DNA of 64,000 bases from a virus. The stretch is from positions 6,686 to 70,685 of the IMG/VR virus record IMGVR_UViG_3300027111_000206. One strand, given 5' to 3'. Within the stretch, counting starts at the first letter, position 1; each line of letters starts with the position of its first letter. Shown here in pieces: positions 8,881-15,858 of the stretch. The position numbers and the translations under genes were made by a program. Below the pieces are notes generated by a model that did not search any database, was not told the DNA's origin, and saw only the letters and a program-made list of their open reading frames with translations.

Positions 8881-9053
8881 CGCGATGTCTCCAGGCTGAG
8901 CAGCCTTTCGCCCAGCGTTATGCGGGCGGCAACTTTGTCACGGTCAACGCCTGTGATACTGGCGATGCCGCCGAGACTGAGCCCCTGGCGTCGAAGTCTT
9001 GCGCAGCGTTTGGCGAGGGCCTGCTGGCGTTTCTTGGCACCTTCGCCGCTCAT
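8877..9053 (-). CDS. Small HTH-like protein (MSGEGAKKRQQ...)
   Basis: GLSLGGIASITGVDRDKVAARI resembles a helix-turn-helix; ATGA coupling. Confidence 0.55.
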   Translation of the reverse strand: MSGEGAKKRQQALAKRCARLRRQGLSLGGIASITGVDRDKVAARITLGERLLSLETSR

Positions 9054-9169
9054 CGCAGCACCTGGGAGAGCTGAGGCACCTGACAAGCAACATGGTGATC
9101 CCTGACCACTGTGTAGGCCAGCATGGTCATGAGGAGGCCGGCGGTGATGATCCATATGAGGGCTTTCAT
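9050..9169 (-). CDS. 39-aa membrane peptide (MKALIWIITAGLLMTMLAYTVV...)
   Basis: Hydrophobic N-terminus; ATGA coupling on both sides. Confidence 0.55.
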   Translation of the reverse strand: MKALIWIITAGLLMTMLAYTVVRDHHVACQVPQLSQVLR

Positions 9170-9336
9170 GGCCGAGCCCTCACTTCAACCCGGCCAGCTT
9201 TGATAGCTGCTACCAGCTTCGGCGGCAGTGCTGCCACAGGAAGTTCGCGCGGCAAGCCAGCACCGAGGATGGTCAGGCTCCGCTCGATCTCGGCGATCTG
9301 CTCATCGATCAGCGACTTATGGATTGGCGTGGTCAT
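9166..9336 (-). CDS. Hypothetical protein (MTTPIHKSLIDEQ...)
   Basis: GGAG RBS; coupled ORF. Confidence 0.55.
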   Translation of the reverse strand: MTTPIHKSLIDEQIAEIERSLTILGAGLPRELPVAALPPKLVAAIKAGRVEVRARP

Positions 9337-9571
9337 GGCTGCTCCTTGCGCTCGTCCTGATGCGGTCCAGCGCGTATTGGCTTTGAATTTCGTAGATGCG
9401 GTCCAAGCGGGCCCGGTAAGAGCCGTATTCGGCAAGGTCGATAACGCCCAGCGAGTGGGCCATTTCAATTGCCATGGACGCTTCCGTGTGAACAGTTGCC
9501 GACGTGTCGCCAGCGTTCAGCAGGTCGAACCGGGCATCAATCATCCCGGTCGCAATGTCGTGCTTGTTCAT
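9317..9571 (-). CDS. Hypothetical protein (MNKHDIATGMIDARF...)
   Basis: Coupled ORF in the early-left operon. Confidence 0.6.
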   Translation of the reverse strand: MNKHDIATGMIDARFDLLNAGDTSATVHTEASMAIEMAHSLGVIDLAEYGSYRARLDRIYEIQSQYALDRIRTSARSSHDHANP

Positions 9572-9852
9572 GCGACCCACCGTTGTCGGCGACTCTGCGC
9601 GTCGATCTCGACCCACAGCGCTGTCTCAATCTGCTGGCCGTAGTGCGAGGCGATAGCCTCAAGGGACTGCTCAACATTCATCCGCACGCCGTCATCGTCG
9701 TAGCAGATGGCCGATTCGATTTTGAATTCCAGTTCACGGGACCCGTAGAAGTCCCAGTCACTGTTCCAGGAGTTGAAGCAAGGAGGGATGTTCTCGCAAT
9801 GGGTCACCTCCACCTGGAGGACGAACCCTTCAACAATCACTTCGTAAGTCAT
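9568..9852 (-). CDS. Hypothetical acidic protein (MTYEVIVEGFVLQVEV...)
   Basis: GGAGG RBS; coupled ORF. Confidence 0.65.
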   Translation of the reverse strand: MTYEVIVEGFVLQVEVTHCENIPPCFNSWNSDWDFYGSRELEFKIESAICYDDDGVRMNVEQSLEAIASHYGQQIETALWVEIDAQSRRQRWVA

Positions 9853-9871
9853 GGTCGCCTCCAGGGTGGCG

Positions 9872-10072
9872 TTATTCGATGGGCGGGGCGGGGAGCGGCT
9901 GCCAGTGGGTAGGTTCGTCGCAGTCGTAAAACTCCTGATCGACCCAGTGCGGCGCCGTTTCAAGGTCTGAATCGATCTGCCCGATTCGTAAGTCGCCAAA
10001 ACTTCCACCCCACATCAGCACTAGCTGACCCTCTTCAGGAGATCGGTTGGCGGTTTTGATCCAATCGCTCAT
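9872..10072 (-). CDS. DUF551-like phage protein
   Basis: MSDWIK...P N-terminus and PTHWQPLPAPP C-terminus. Confidence 0.8.
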   Translation of the reverse strand: MSDWIKTANRSPEEGQLVLMWGGSFGDLRIGQIDSDLETAPHWVDQEFYDCDEPTHWQPLPAPPIE

Positions 10073-10093
10073 GGCGACCTCCAGTGTTTGGGG

Positions 10094-10381
10094 TTAGGCG
10101 GCTTCGGCTTTCGGCTCGTCCTTGTCGTACTTCTCGCCGCAGAACATGCAGTAGCTGCCGAGCATCGACATATCCTGTTTCTTGCGCTGGAACCCGCCGC
10201 CTTTCTTCTTAGGCACTTCGTACTCGATGTGCAGGTTGAGCTTGTTCTTCATGCTCACGGTGCCGCCCAGGAGCCAGGCGAACCCTTGCAGTTCCGCGGA
10301 GAAGTCACGGGAGCCTTCTGGCAGCTTGGCGCGAATCTTTTCCTTTGCTGCCGATTCAACTTCGGTTGCGCAGTTACACAT
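10094..10381 (-). CDS. Hypothetical Cys-pair protein (MCNC...YCMFCGEKY)
   Basis: GAGG RBS; CxC and CxxC motifs. Confidence 0.7.
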   Translation of the reverse strand: MCNCATEVESAAKEKIRAKLPEGSRDFSAELQGFAWLLGGTVSMKNKLNLHIEYEVPKKKGGGFQRKKQDMSMLGSYCMFCGEKYDKDEPKAEAA

Positions 10382-10557
10382 GGTTGTTTCCTCTGTGGGT
10401 TCACCTGTACTCGTCAACACTCATCCCTCCCGCTGGTTGCCGATGGGCGCGGGGGAGAGTGCTGACGGGTAGAGGCGATAAGAAAAGACCCAACTGGACA
10501 GGAGGGCCTTTTCGATGCGGTGGTGTTGCTCACGGTCGAGGGTTGGGGGCGGGACCA

Positions 10558-10701
10558 TCAGCGCCAGAACGCCTGGGCCCCGCTGGTACATCGCCAGCGC
10601 TTGCGGTGAATCCGCAATGGACCGGTTGGCAGGCCGTCATCAGGTGGCGGTTCTGGCCGCGCATGGCTGAGCGCTGCGCCGATCAGGAAGATTTGGAGCA
10701 T
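10558..10701 (-). CDS. 47-aa hypothetical peptide (MLQIFLIGAALSHARPEPP...)
   Basis: GGAG RBS; followed by a hairpin at ~10484-10513. Confidence 0.4.
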   Translation of the reverse strand: MLQIFLIGAALSHARPEPPPDDGLPTGPLRIHRKRWRCTSGAQAFWR

Positions 10702-10816
10702 GCGATTCTCCAGCTTGAGGGTTGCAGGTGGCCGGCACTGCCCGGCACGTATCAGGCCTGGCCGCTCGTACCTGAGCAGCCCCGCGATTCACCTGCGATT
10801 AAAAGCAATAAATGAA

Positions 10817-11398
10817 TCAATGAATTGGCAATCTGCGGACGGGGCGGACGCGGAGCTCGTCGTCCTTGCCGCTGATGACCTGATAGCCAACATCGAAGTA
10901 CATGGAGAACGCGCCGTTGGCGGAGCGCTGCGAACTCGACCAGTAGGCGCCCTCGGTGATCAGGTCCGGCACGTACTGCCACACCTGGTTGAGTTCGCCG
11001 ATGGAAGGAAGGCCGAAGTCGTGATGACCGTCAGCGGTGTAGTTGGCTGCTGCCTCGGCGGCCGGGAATGAACCACCAGCTTCCAGCAGGGTAGTGGTGT
11101 TCAGGATGCCGTGGGTTCGGCTCGTGGCGCCGGTCTCGGCTCCAAATTCGCCCCAGGCGAACTTGCCGAGGTCTTCAGCACCCACGATCAAGTGGTGAGG
11201 TCCGTCAGGGTAGTGGCGGATCCCTACATAAACACCGCCTTGGCCGGGCCAGTATTCGCCGATGGCCGGAACCGAAGAAGCGGCCGGCGCCGCATCGACT
11301 GTCATTGCCAGTGTCGCCAGCTTCAGTACAACAGCTTCGTCAGGGCTGCTGATCGTCAAGCCAAGACGGGAGTAGGTAGTCAGTTGATTTGCTTGCAT
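10817..11398 (-). CDS. DGR target 3 (remote), DUF1566/Lcl-type CLec-fold protein
   Basis: PAIGEYWPGQGG, HHDFGLPSIGEL, LITEGAYWSSS; C-terminal VR. Confidence 0.88.
   Translation of the reverse strand: MQANQLTTYSRLGLTISSPDEAVVLKLATLAMTVDAAPAASSVPAIGEYWPGQGGVYVGIRHYPDGPHHLIVGAEDLGKFAWGEFGAETGATSRTHGILNTTTLLEAGGSFPAAEAAANYTADGHHDFGLPSIGELNQVWQYVPDLITEGAYWSSSQRSANGAFSMYFDVGYQVISGKDDELRVRPVRRLPIH
10832..10933 (-). repeat. Variable region VR3
   Basis: 13 mismatches to TR in 102 nt, all at TR adenines. Confidence 0.97.
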
Positions 11399-11477
11399 GG
11401 GGTTATTCCTTGTCGGGGATGTTCGGTTGTTTTCCTAATGACCACCGCTCCGGATGGGCATCAGTGAAAAGGTCCGG

Positions 11478-11915
11478 TCAGGACAAGACTTGAGCGGCGC
11501 GTGCAGCACGATCCAGCGTGCCATCCTCGACCAGCGCCTTGAACCGCTCCATGCTGGCCGACAATCCGTCAATTGCCGCAGTGAGGCGCACAATTTCAGA
11601 TGTTTTCGTTTCGATAGAACTGAGGGCGCCCTTCATGAATGCCGACTCAGCAGAGACTTGCTCAGTAACTGATCTGAGCGTTTTGAGCTTTTCGGATTTG
11701 CCATCAAACGCAAGGCACATCGCGTCAATTACAAGGACGGCTTCTTGCTCAACTGCATGACGGGACTCTACAAGGAACTCCACGAGCTGCCTGTTGACCG
11801 CCACGCTGTCGGCGACAATGGAAGTCGCGGCAGAACCGGTGATCGCCTCCATCTCTTTCTTCGCCTGTTCGAAAAACTCCTTATGGCGGGGCTCTTTGAT
11901 ATCCGAGGATTTCAT
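11478..11915 (-). CDS. Hypothetical helical protein
   Basis: 145-aa ORF with ATGA overlap to the upstream HTH gene. Confidence 0.65.
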   Translation of the reverse strand: MKSSDIKEPRHKEFFEQAKKEMEAITGSAATSIVADSVAVNRQLVEFLVESRHAVEQEAVLVIDAMCLAFDGKSEKLKTLRSVTEQVSAESAFMKGALSSIETKTSEIVRLTAAIDGLSASMERFKALVEDGTLDRAARAAQVLS

Positions 11916-12313
11916 TGCGTATCTCCGTTAGCTTGAATGTGAAGCCATGTCCTCAGCTCTTCAGCCAAGATCAATTGGTTGTTGCCAATCTTGAAGCTCT
12001 TCAGTGATCCCGAACTGATGCACGCCAGAACGCCACGTCTTGTCATCCCTGTCGCTCTCGCAGCCTCATCAACTGACAGCGAAAGCTTTTCAGCATTGTG
12101 TGGTGCAGGCTCTGGCCCGGCCGGCTCGGGATTGCGTGCCCGTGGCTGGCTTTCTTTTTTGGACTGAGCAGCTTCGCGGTACAGGTTGCGAGCCGCCAGC
12201 ATTGCGCCCAGCTCGCCATAGCCAATCCCGCCAGCCATGATTCCGATAAGTTGCAGCAACTGGTCTTGCTCTCTCTGTTCTTCGCTCACGATGCTTACTC
12301 CGTTGATTTCCAA
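11912..12313 (-). CDS. Excisionase-like (HTH_17) DNA-binding protein
   Basis: LSLSVDEAARATGMTRRGVLACISSGSLKSFKIGNNQLILAEEL; real start may be GTG ~12292. Confidence 0.7.
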   Translation of the reverse strand: MEINGVSIVSEEQREQDQLLQLIGIMAGGIGYGELGAMLAARNLYREAAQSKKESQPRARNPEPAGPEPAPHNAEKLSLSVDEAARATGMTRRGVLACISSGSLKSFKIGNNQLILAEELRTWLHIQANGDTQ

Positions 12314-12815
12314 TGCCGCCTCATAGAAGCGGCATCGGTAAATATGTGGAGCCCAGGCCCGCTACTGGCGACAGCCTGGGTTTGTTGCGTCAGCGGTGTT
12401 GGCCAGTTACCCGCCGCTGATTGCAGGGCTGGCCGGTCTTGGTCATTGGTTGGCGGTGAGCTTCCTCCCCAGGGCGTCAATCAGCATCTGTTCGCCTTGG
12501 ATCACGGGTCCCTACAACATGCACGCTGCAGCTCGTTTGCCCGGTTATGTGGGCAGGGTGCATGAGGTCCGGCGGTCCCAGCCGAGGCTATCGGGACCGC
12601 TAATTCTTGAATTCGGTGTTTCATCTCCACCACGCGCATCGCCGGAGTCCTCTCTCTGCCCGCTGCCGCATCTGGCGTCACATAGGGTGGCTTGCGTGGT
12701 TTCGCGTACTCACATGTGGGAGCACGGCCAGTTCCAGAGCTGGCATGGCATCGACTATTTGTTGCTCGCACTTACCGGATGAAACCCGGGGTAGTCGATG
12801 GCGAGGATCCTGAGC

Positions 12816-12827
12816 TGTTAAAGAGCG
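12816..12827 (-). promoter_or_regulatory. boxA (nutL-like) antitermination element
   Basis: Exact CGCTCTTTAACA on the minus strand ~50 nt downstream of pL. Confidence 0.8.
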
Positions 12828-12878
12828 GCGGGTCTGTTGAGGCCCTGGCGAGTCGCTGTGGCGTCTCGATGGATGTAG

Positions 12879-12918
12879 TTAACCATCGGTATATTTTTAC
12901 GTCAATACCGATGGTTAA
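12879..12918 (-). promoter_or_regulatory. pL promoter with two CI operators (OL)
   Basis: TTAACCATCGGTAT (12879-92) and its inverse ATACCGATGGTTAA (12905-18); -35 TTGACG, 17 nt, TTAACT. Confidence 0.8.
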
Positions 12919-12954
12919 TTTATTTTTGAGGGGCGTGCGATATGCTTCGCTTAA

Positions 12955-12974
12955 TACTGGATGTTTGTACAGTT
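12955..12974 (+). promoter_or_regulatory. LexA (SOS) box
   Basis: TACTG-GATGTTTGTA-CAGTT fits CTG-N10-CAG, just upstream of the RBS of the 12989 gene. Confidence 0.75.
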
Positions 12975-12988
12975 ATCAGGAGGTGGTC

Positions 12989-13297
12989 ATGAGCGAACAA
13001 GAACAACAGGCGCCCCACGGGCGGTATGAAATGTCCGGGATAGAGAGGCTAGGGCTAAGGGTCTCAAACATGATCAATCACCCGGTCGCGCAGATTCAGC
13101 GCTGGGTGACAATTCATCGCTTGGACAGCGATGGAGATAGGGAGTGGGACGAGGTGATGGGCTTGCTATCCGAAACGGACGGAATAGACATGACGTTCAA
13201 CGACGATGGGTCGGTGACGCTGAGGTGGGAGGCGAACGCCGAGGAGGATCGACCGATTGAGCTTGTCGAAAGGGCAGAGGAGGAGGCGCCTTTCTGA
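12989..13297 (+). CDS. DUF1654-like protein
   Basis: ERLGLRVSNMINHPVAQIQRWVTIHRLD..DREW..V pattern; GGAGG RBS. Confidence 0.75.
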   Translation: MSEQEQQAPHGRYEMSGIERLGLRVSNMINHPVAQIQRWVTIHRLDSDGDREWDEVMGLLSETDGIDMTFNDDGSVTLRWEANAEEDRPIELVERAEEEAPF

Positions 13298-13349
13298 CAG
13301 GCAAAGAAAGCCCGGCACTGGGCCGGGCTAAGCACTTAAAACGAAGAAG

Positions 13350-13751
13350 TTAATGCGGCATCGCTTTTAAAAGAGGTGCGAGATATTGCTGAATGATCCA
13401 CCAGCCACCACCGATTACCGGGAGCAGAGTAAGAAGAGCGTAGAGCGCTAGCTGCCCCTTGGTGACCATATGCTTATCAATATGGTCAAGCTTGGTTCCT
13501 GAGCTTGACGAAGTGAGTTTTAATGATACGACATCAGCTGCCATAGCCTTCACATCTGCTCGAAGATCAGATATGTCTCGGCGCATGTACTCTACATGGC
13601 TTTCAAGTTTTGCTACGCGAGCTTCCATATCTCCTCCTCCTGGCGGGTTCTCACCACCAGTATGGTCTCCACCACCTGAGTTGTCACTGGAGCGTTTGCT
13701 ACCCCATGACGTGAGCATTATCACTTCACTCATCGCCCGTCTCCTTGGCAA
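13350..13751 (-). CDS. Coiled-coil protein with C-terminal TM helix (cI-linked accessory gene)
   Basis: MEARVAKLESHVEYMRRDISDL heptads; YALLTLLPVIGGGWWII TM segment; start uncertain. Confidence 0.65.
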   Translation of the reverse strand: MPRRRAMSEVIMLTSWGSKRSSDNSGGGDHTGGENPPGGGDMEARVAKLESHVEYMRRDISDLRADVKAMAADVVSLKLTSSSSGTKLDHIDKHMVTKGQLALYALLTLLPVIGGGWWIIQQYLAPLLKAMPH

Positions 13752-14085
13752 GCTTCCATTGCCTCAGCTTATAGGTTGCTATCTGACCGAAATGTCCACA
13801 ATTAGGGCAGATCACCGCAGTAGATGTATGCAAATTTCCACAGAGTGATTCAGTTCTGAAGATTTGGAGGCAGGGATTGTCAGTTTCTCCTTGCTCCTGA
13901 TCATTGTCGGCAGCATCCTGCATCGCGATCTCCCAGCCTCCTTTCCAATCACAGTGAGGGCATTTAGTGCTCCGCTTGCGATCAGTCAAGAACTGAATTA
14001 GATCGTTAACTCGAAGTGGCGGAGCGGATCCATCTTCGTGGAGCGGCAACCCGCCCACGTTGTCAATTCGTCTCATGCCAGCCAT
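13726..14085 (-). CDS. Zn-ribbon hypothetical protein (cI-linked accessory gene)
   Basis: CPHC ... CPNCG motifs; directly downstream of cI. Confidence 0.65.
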   Translation of the reverse strand: MAGMRRIDNVGGLPLHEDGSAPPLRVNDLIQFLTDRKRSTKCPHCDWKGGWEIAMQDAADNDQEQGETDNPCLQIFRTESLCGNLHTSTAVICPNCGHFGQIATYKLRQWKLAKETGDE

Positions 14086-14099
14086 TTCAGCCCTCAGCG

Positions 14100-14981
14100 T
14101 TAAACAAGGTTAGCATTCCACACTAGCAGCACCCGCGCCTGGATGTAGGTGTCCTCGGCTCGGATCGTTCGTGCGGGATGCAGAGCGTTATCCGAAATCA
14201 TGCTCAACTGGTCATCGCCCAGCCACTGGAGCCGCTTGATGTACAGGTGGCCGTCCCAGGAAAACATGTAGATCCCATCGCCAACGAACTCGCGGATGCT
14301 GATGTCGACCAGCAGAGGATCCCGGTGCTTGATAGTCGGCGCCATGGACTGGCCCCAGCCTGTCACCATCTTGAGGTGGAAGTGCTCTTTGAACTCGACG
14401 CCCATCTCGCGCAAATGCTGGGGGCTGACTCTGATGTCCTGGAGCATTTCAGGGTAGTCGTGCGGGATCTGCCCACCGCCCATGGCGGCGCGGATGTCGT
14501 AGTGCGCAATCCATACCTCATCCCCCGCAGCGCCGGGGCGGTAGTAGTCCAACTCAATCGCACCGCCGCCATCCTCAGCCTGCGCCACGGCCAGCAATCG
14601 CCTACGAGCATCCTCGGAAAGGTTTTTCCCGCTTCGACTCAGCATTTCTCGGACGACGTCGGCCGCCGTGCCGCCGACTGAGTAGCTGGCGCCGTTCTCC
14701 CGCACAACCGGCGCGCTTGTCATCCTGCGAATCTCTTCAGCCAGGCGCGGACTGAAAGCCTCTACCGGCTCTTGAATAAGTCGGGCCAAAACCGCTGCGA
14801 ACTGAGCGTTCAAGGGGTTGATCCCTTTGAAGTAGAGATTTACCGCAGCGGGTGTCATGCCGGCCGCATCGGCGATCTTCTTCTGGCTCAGCTTCAGCTC
14901 GTTCTTCTTTGAGAGGAACAGCGCGTGCGCGGCTTCGCACTCGGCCAGGCGGTCAGGAGGCAGGATTCGTTTTTTCGTCAT
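14100..14981 (-). CDS. cI: CI-like repressor (HTH + S24 autopeptidase)
   Basis: LSQKKIADAAGMTPAAVNLYFKG HTH; GQSMAPTI (Ser) and YIKRL (Lys); start MTKKR at 14981. Confidence 0.93.
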   Translation of the reverse strand: MTKKRILPPDRLAECEAAHALFLSKKNELKLSQKKIADAAGMTPAAVNLYFKGINPLNAQFAAVLARLIQEPVEAFSPRLAEEIRRMTSAPVVRENGASYSVGGTAADVVREMLSRSGKNLSEDARRRLLAVAQAEDGGGAIELDYYRPGAAGDEVWIAHYDIRAAMGGGQIPHDYPEMLQDIRVSPQHLREMGVEFKEHFHLKMVTGWGQSMAPTIKHRDPLLVDISIREFVGDGIYMFSWDGHLYIKRLQWLGDDQLSMISDNALHPARTIRAEDTYIQARVLLVWNANLV

Positions 14982-14986
14982 CGCGC

Positions 14987-15057
14987 GAATGTATACCAAC
15001 GGTTAAAAATAAGAAGAAACCATCGGTATTGATTAAAAATTAACAGATGGTTAATAT
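14987..15057. promoter_or_regulatory. OR region: three operators, pR and pRM
   Basis: Operators 14993-15006, 15016-29 and 15041-54 match OL; pR TTGATT-17-TAATAT; pRM -10 TACATT 6 nt before the cI ATG. Confidence 0.82.
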
Positions 15058-15085
15058 TGGCCTCATGTACAACCGAGGCCTAATC

Positions 15086-15280
15086 ATGAACGAGACCCCC
15101 CTCGACAAGTTTGTTGCTGAAAAAGGGCAGTCCGAAGCCGCACGGCTTCTTCGTGTCACCGCCCCGGCAATTCACAAAGCGCTCATCGCGAAACGGGACA
15201 TCCGCGTCTTGGAACTGCCTGACGGCACGTTCAAGGCCCAGGAGCAGCGTCCGTTCCCGTCCCAGAAATCAGCTGCATAA
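15086..15280 (+). CDS. cro: Cro repressor
   Basis: GQSEAARLLRVTAPAIHKAL ... EQRPFPSQK closely parallels lambda Cro. Confidence 0.9.
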   Translation: MNETPLDKFVAEKGQSEAARLLRVTAPAIHKALIAKRDIRVLELPDGTFKAQEQRPFPSQKSAA

Positions 15281-15310
15281 CCCTTCCAATCACACAGGAG
15301 CAAACCCCGT

Positions 15311-15526
15311 ATGGGCTTTAAAGACCCCCTCAATCAGCGCCGAGACATCGCCCGCAAGATCCGTCTCTACCCGCTGCTTGATCGACAACTGCAGCGTGCC
15401 GCTGACAAAAGCCGGCGCGAGTACGCGACCTACCTCTTCGAAATGCTCGAGTGGGCGGCAGTCAACGGAGCAATAGAGGCACTCATGCCCGAGGATTTGA
15501 AGGATCTCAAGAATATCGCGGGTTAG
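15311..15526 (+). CDS. Small regulator in the cII position (RHH-like)
   Basis: IRLYPLLDRQLQRAADKSRREYATYLFEML; position after cro. Confidence 0.6.
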   Translation: MGFKDPLNQRRDIARKIRLYPLLDRQLQRAADKSRREYATYLFEMLEWAAVNGAIEALMPEDLKDLKNIAG

Positions 15527-15546
15527 AGGCCCTCAGGAGGGCACGA

Positions 15547-15750
15547 ATGCAGCAATTCACAGAAGAAAACGTGCCGCCAGAGATCCGCGCCAAGGTTCAC
15601 CAGCTTATGGAGGCAAGAGGGTGGACGTTTGAGGAAGCGGTAAACGAAATCCTTCTTGAGGCAATCACCTCAGGAGCAACGGTTTTCGTCGGCAGGCATA
15701 AGGCACCAGTTCTGACACTGGTGGGACTCAAGAGACCCTCAACCGGATAG
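15547..15750 (+). CDS. Hypothetical small protein
   Basis: GGAGG RBS, 67 aa. Confidence 0.6.
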   Translation: MQQFTEENVPPEIRAKVHQLMEARGWTFEEAVNEILLEAITSGATVFVGRHKAPVLTLVGLKRPSTG

Positions 15751-15858
15751 TTGAGGCCCTCACACAGGCCCTGAAGAAGGGCTCACTTTTCACCAGGCAT
15801 AAAAAAACCACCGGACGAGGGTGGCTTTTTCAGCAGCGAGAAACAACTGGAGCGAATC

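Noticed and set aside
3081-10933. Four ~100-nt repeats as a CRISPR array or simple duplication
   Set aside because: They are dispersed, lie in coding 3' ends and differ almost only at adenines. No spacer-repeat periodicity or cas genes were seen in the window.
12692-12988. N-terminal extension of the DUF1654-like ORF (201 aa)
   Set aside because: It crosses pL/OL and the LexA box; a strong GGAGG RBS precedes ATG 12989.
14982-14999. cI start at 14999 as in the ORF track
   Set aside because: It would place the start inside OR3; the pRM geometry supports ATG 14981.
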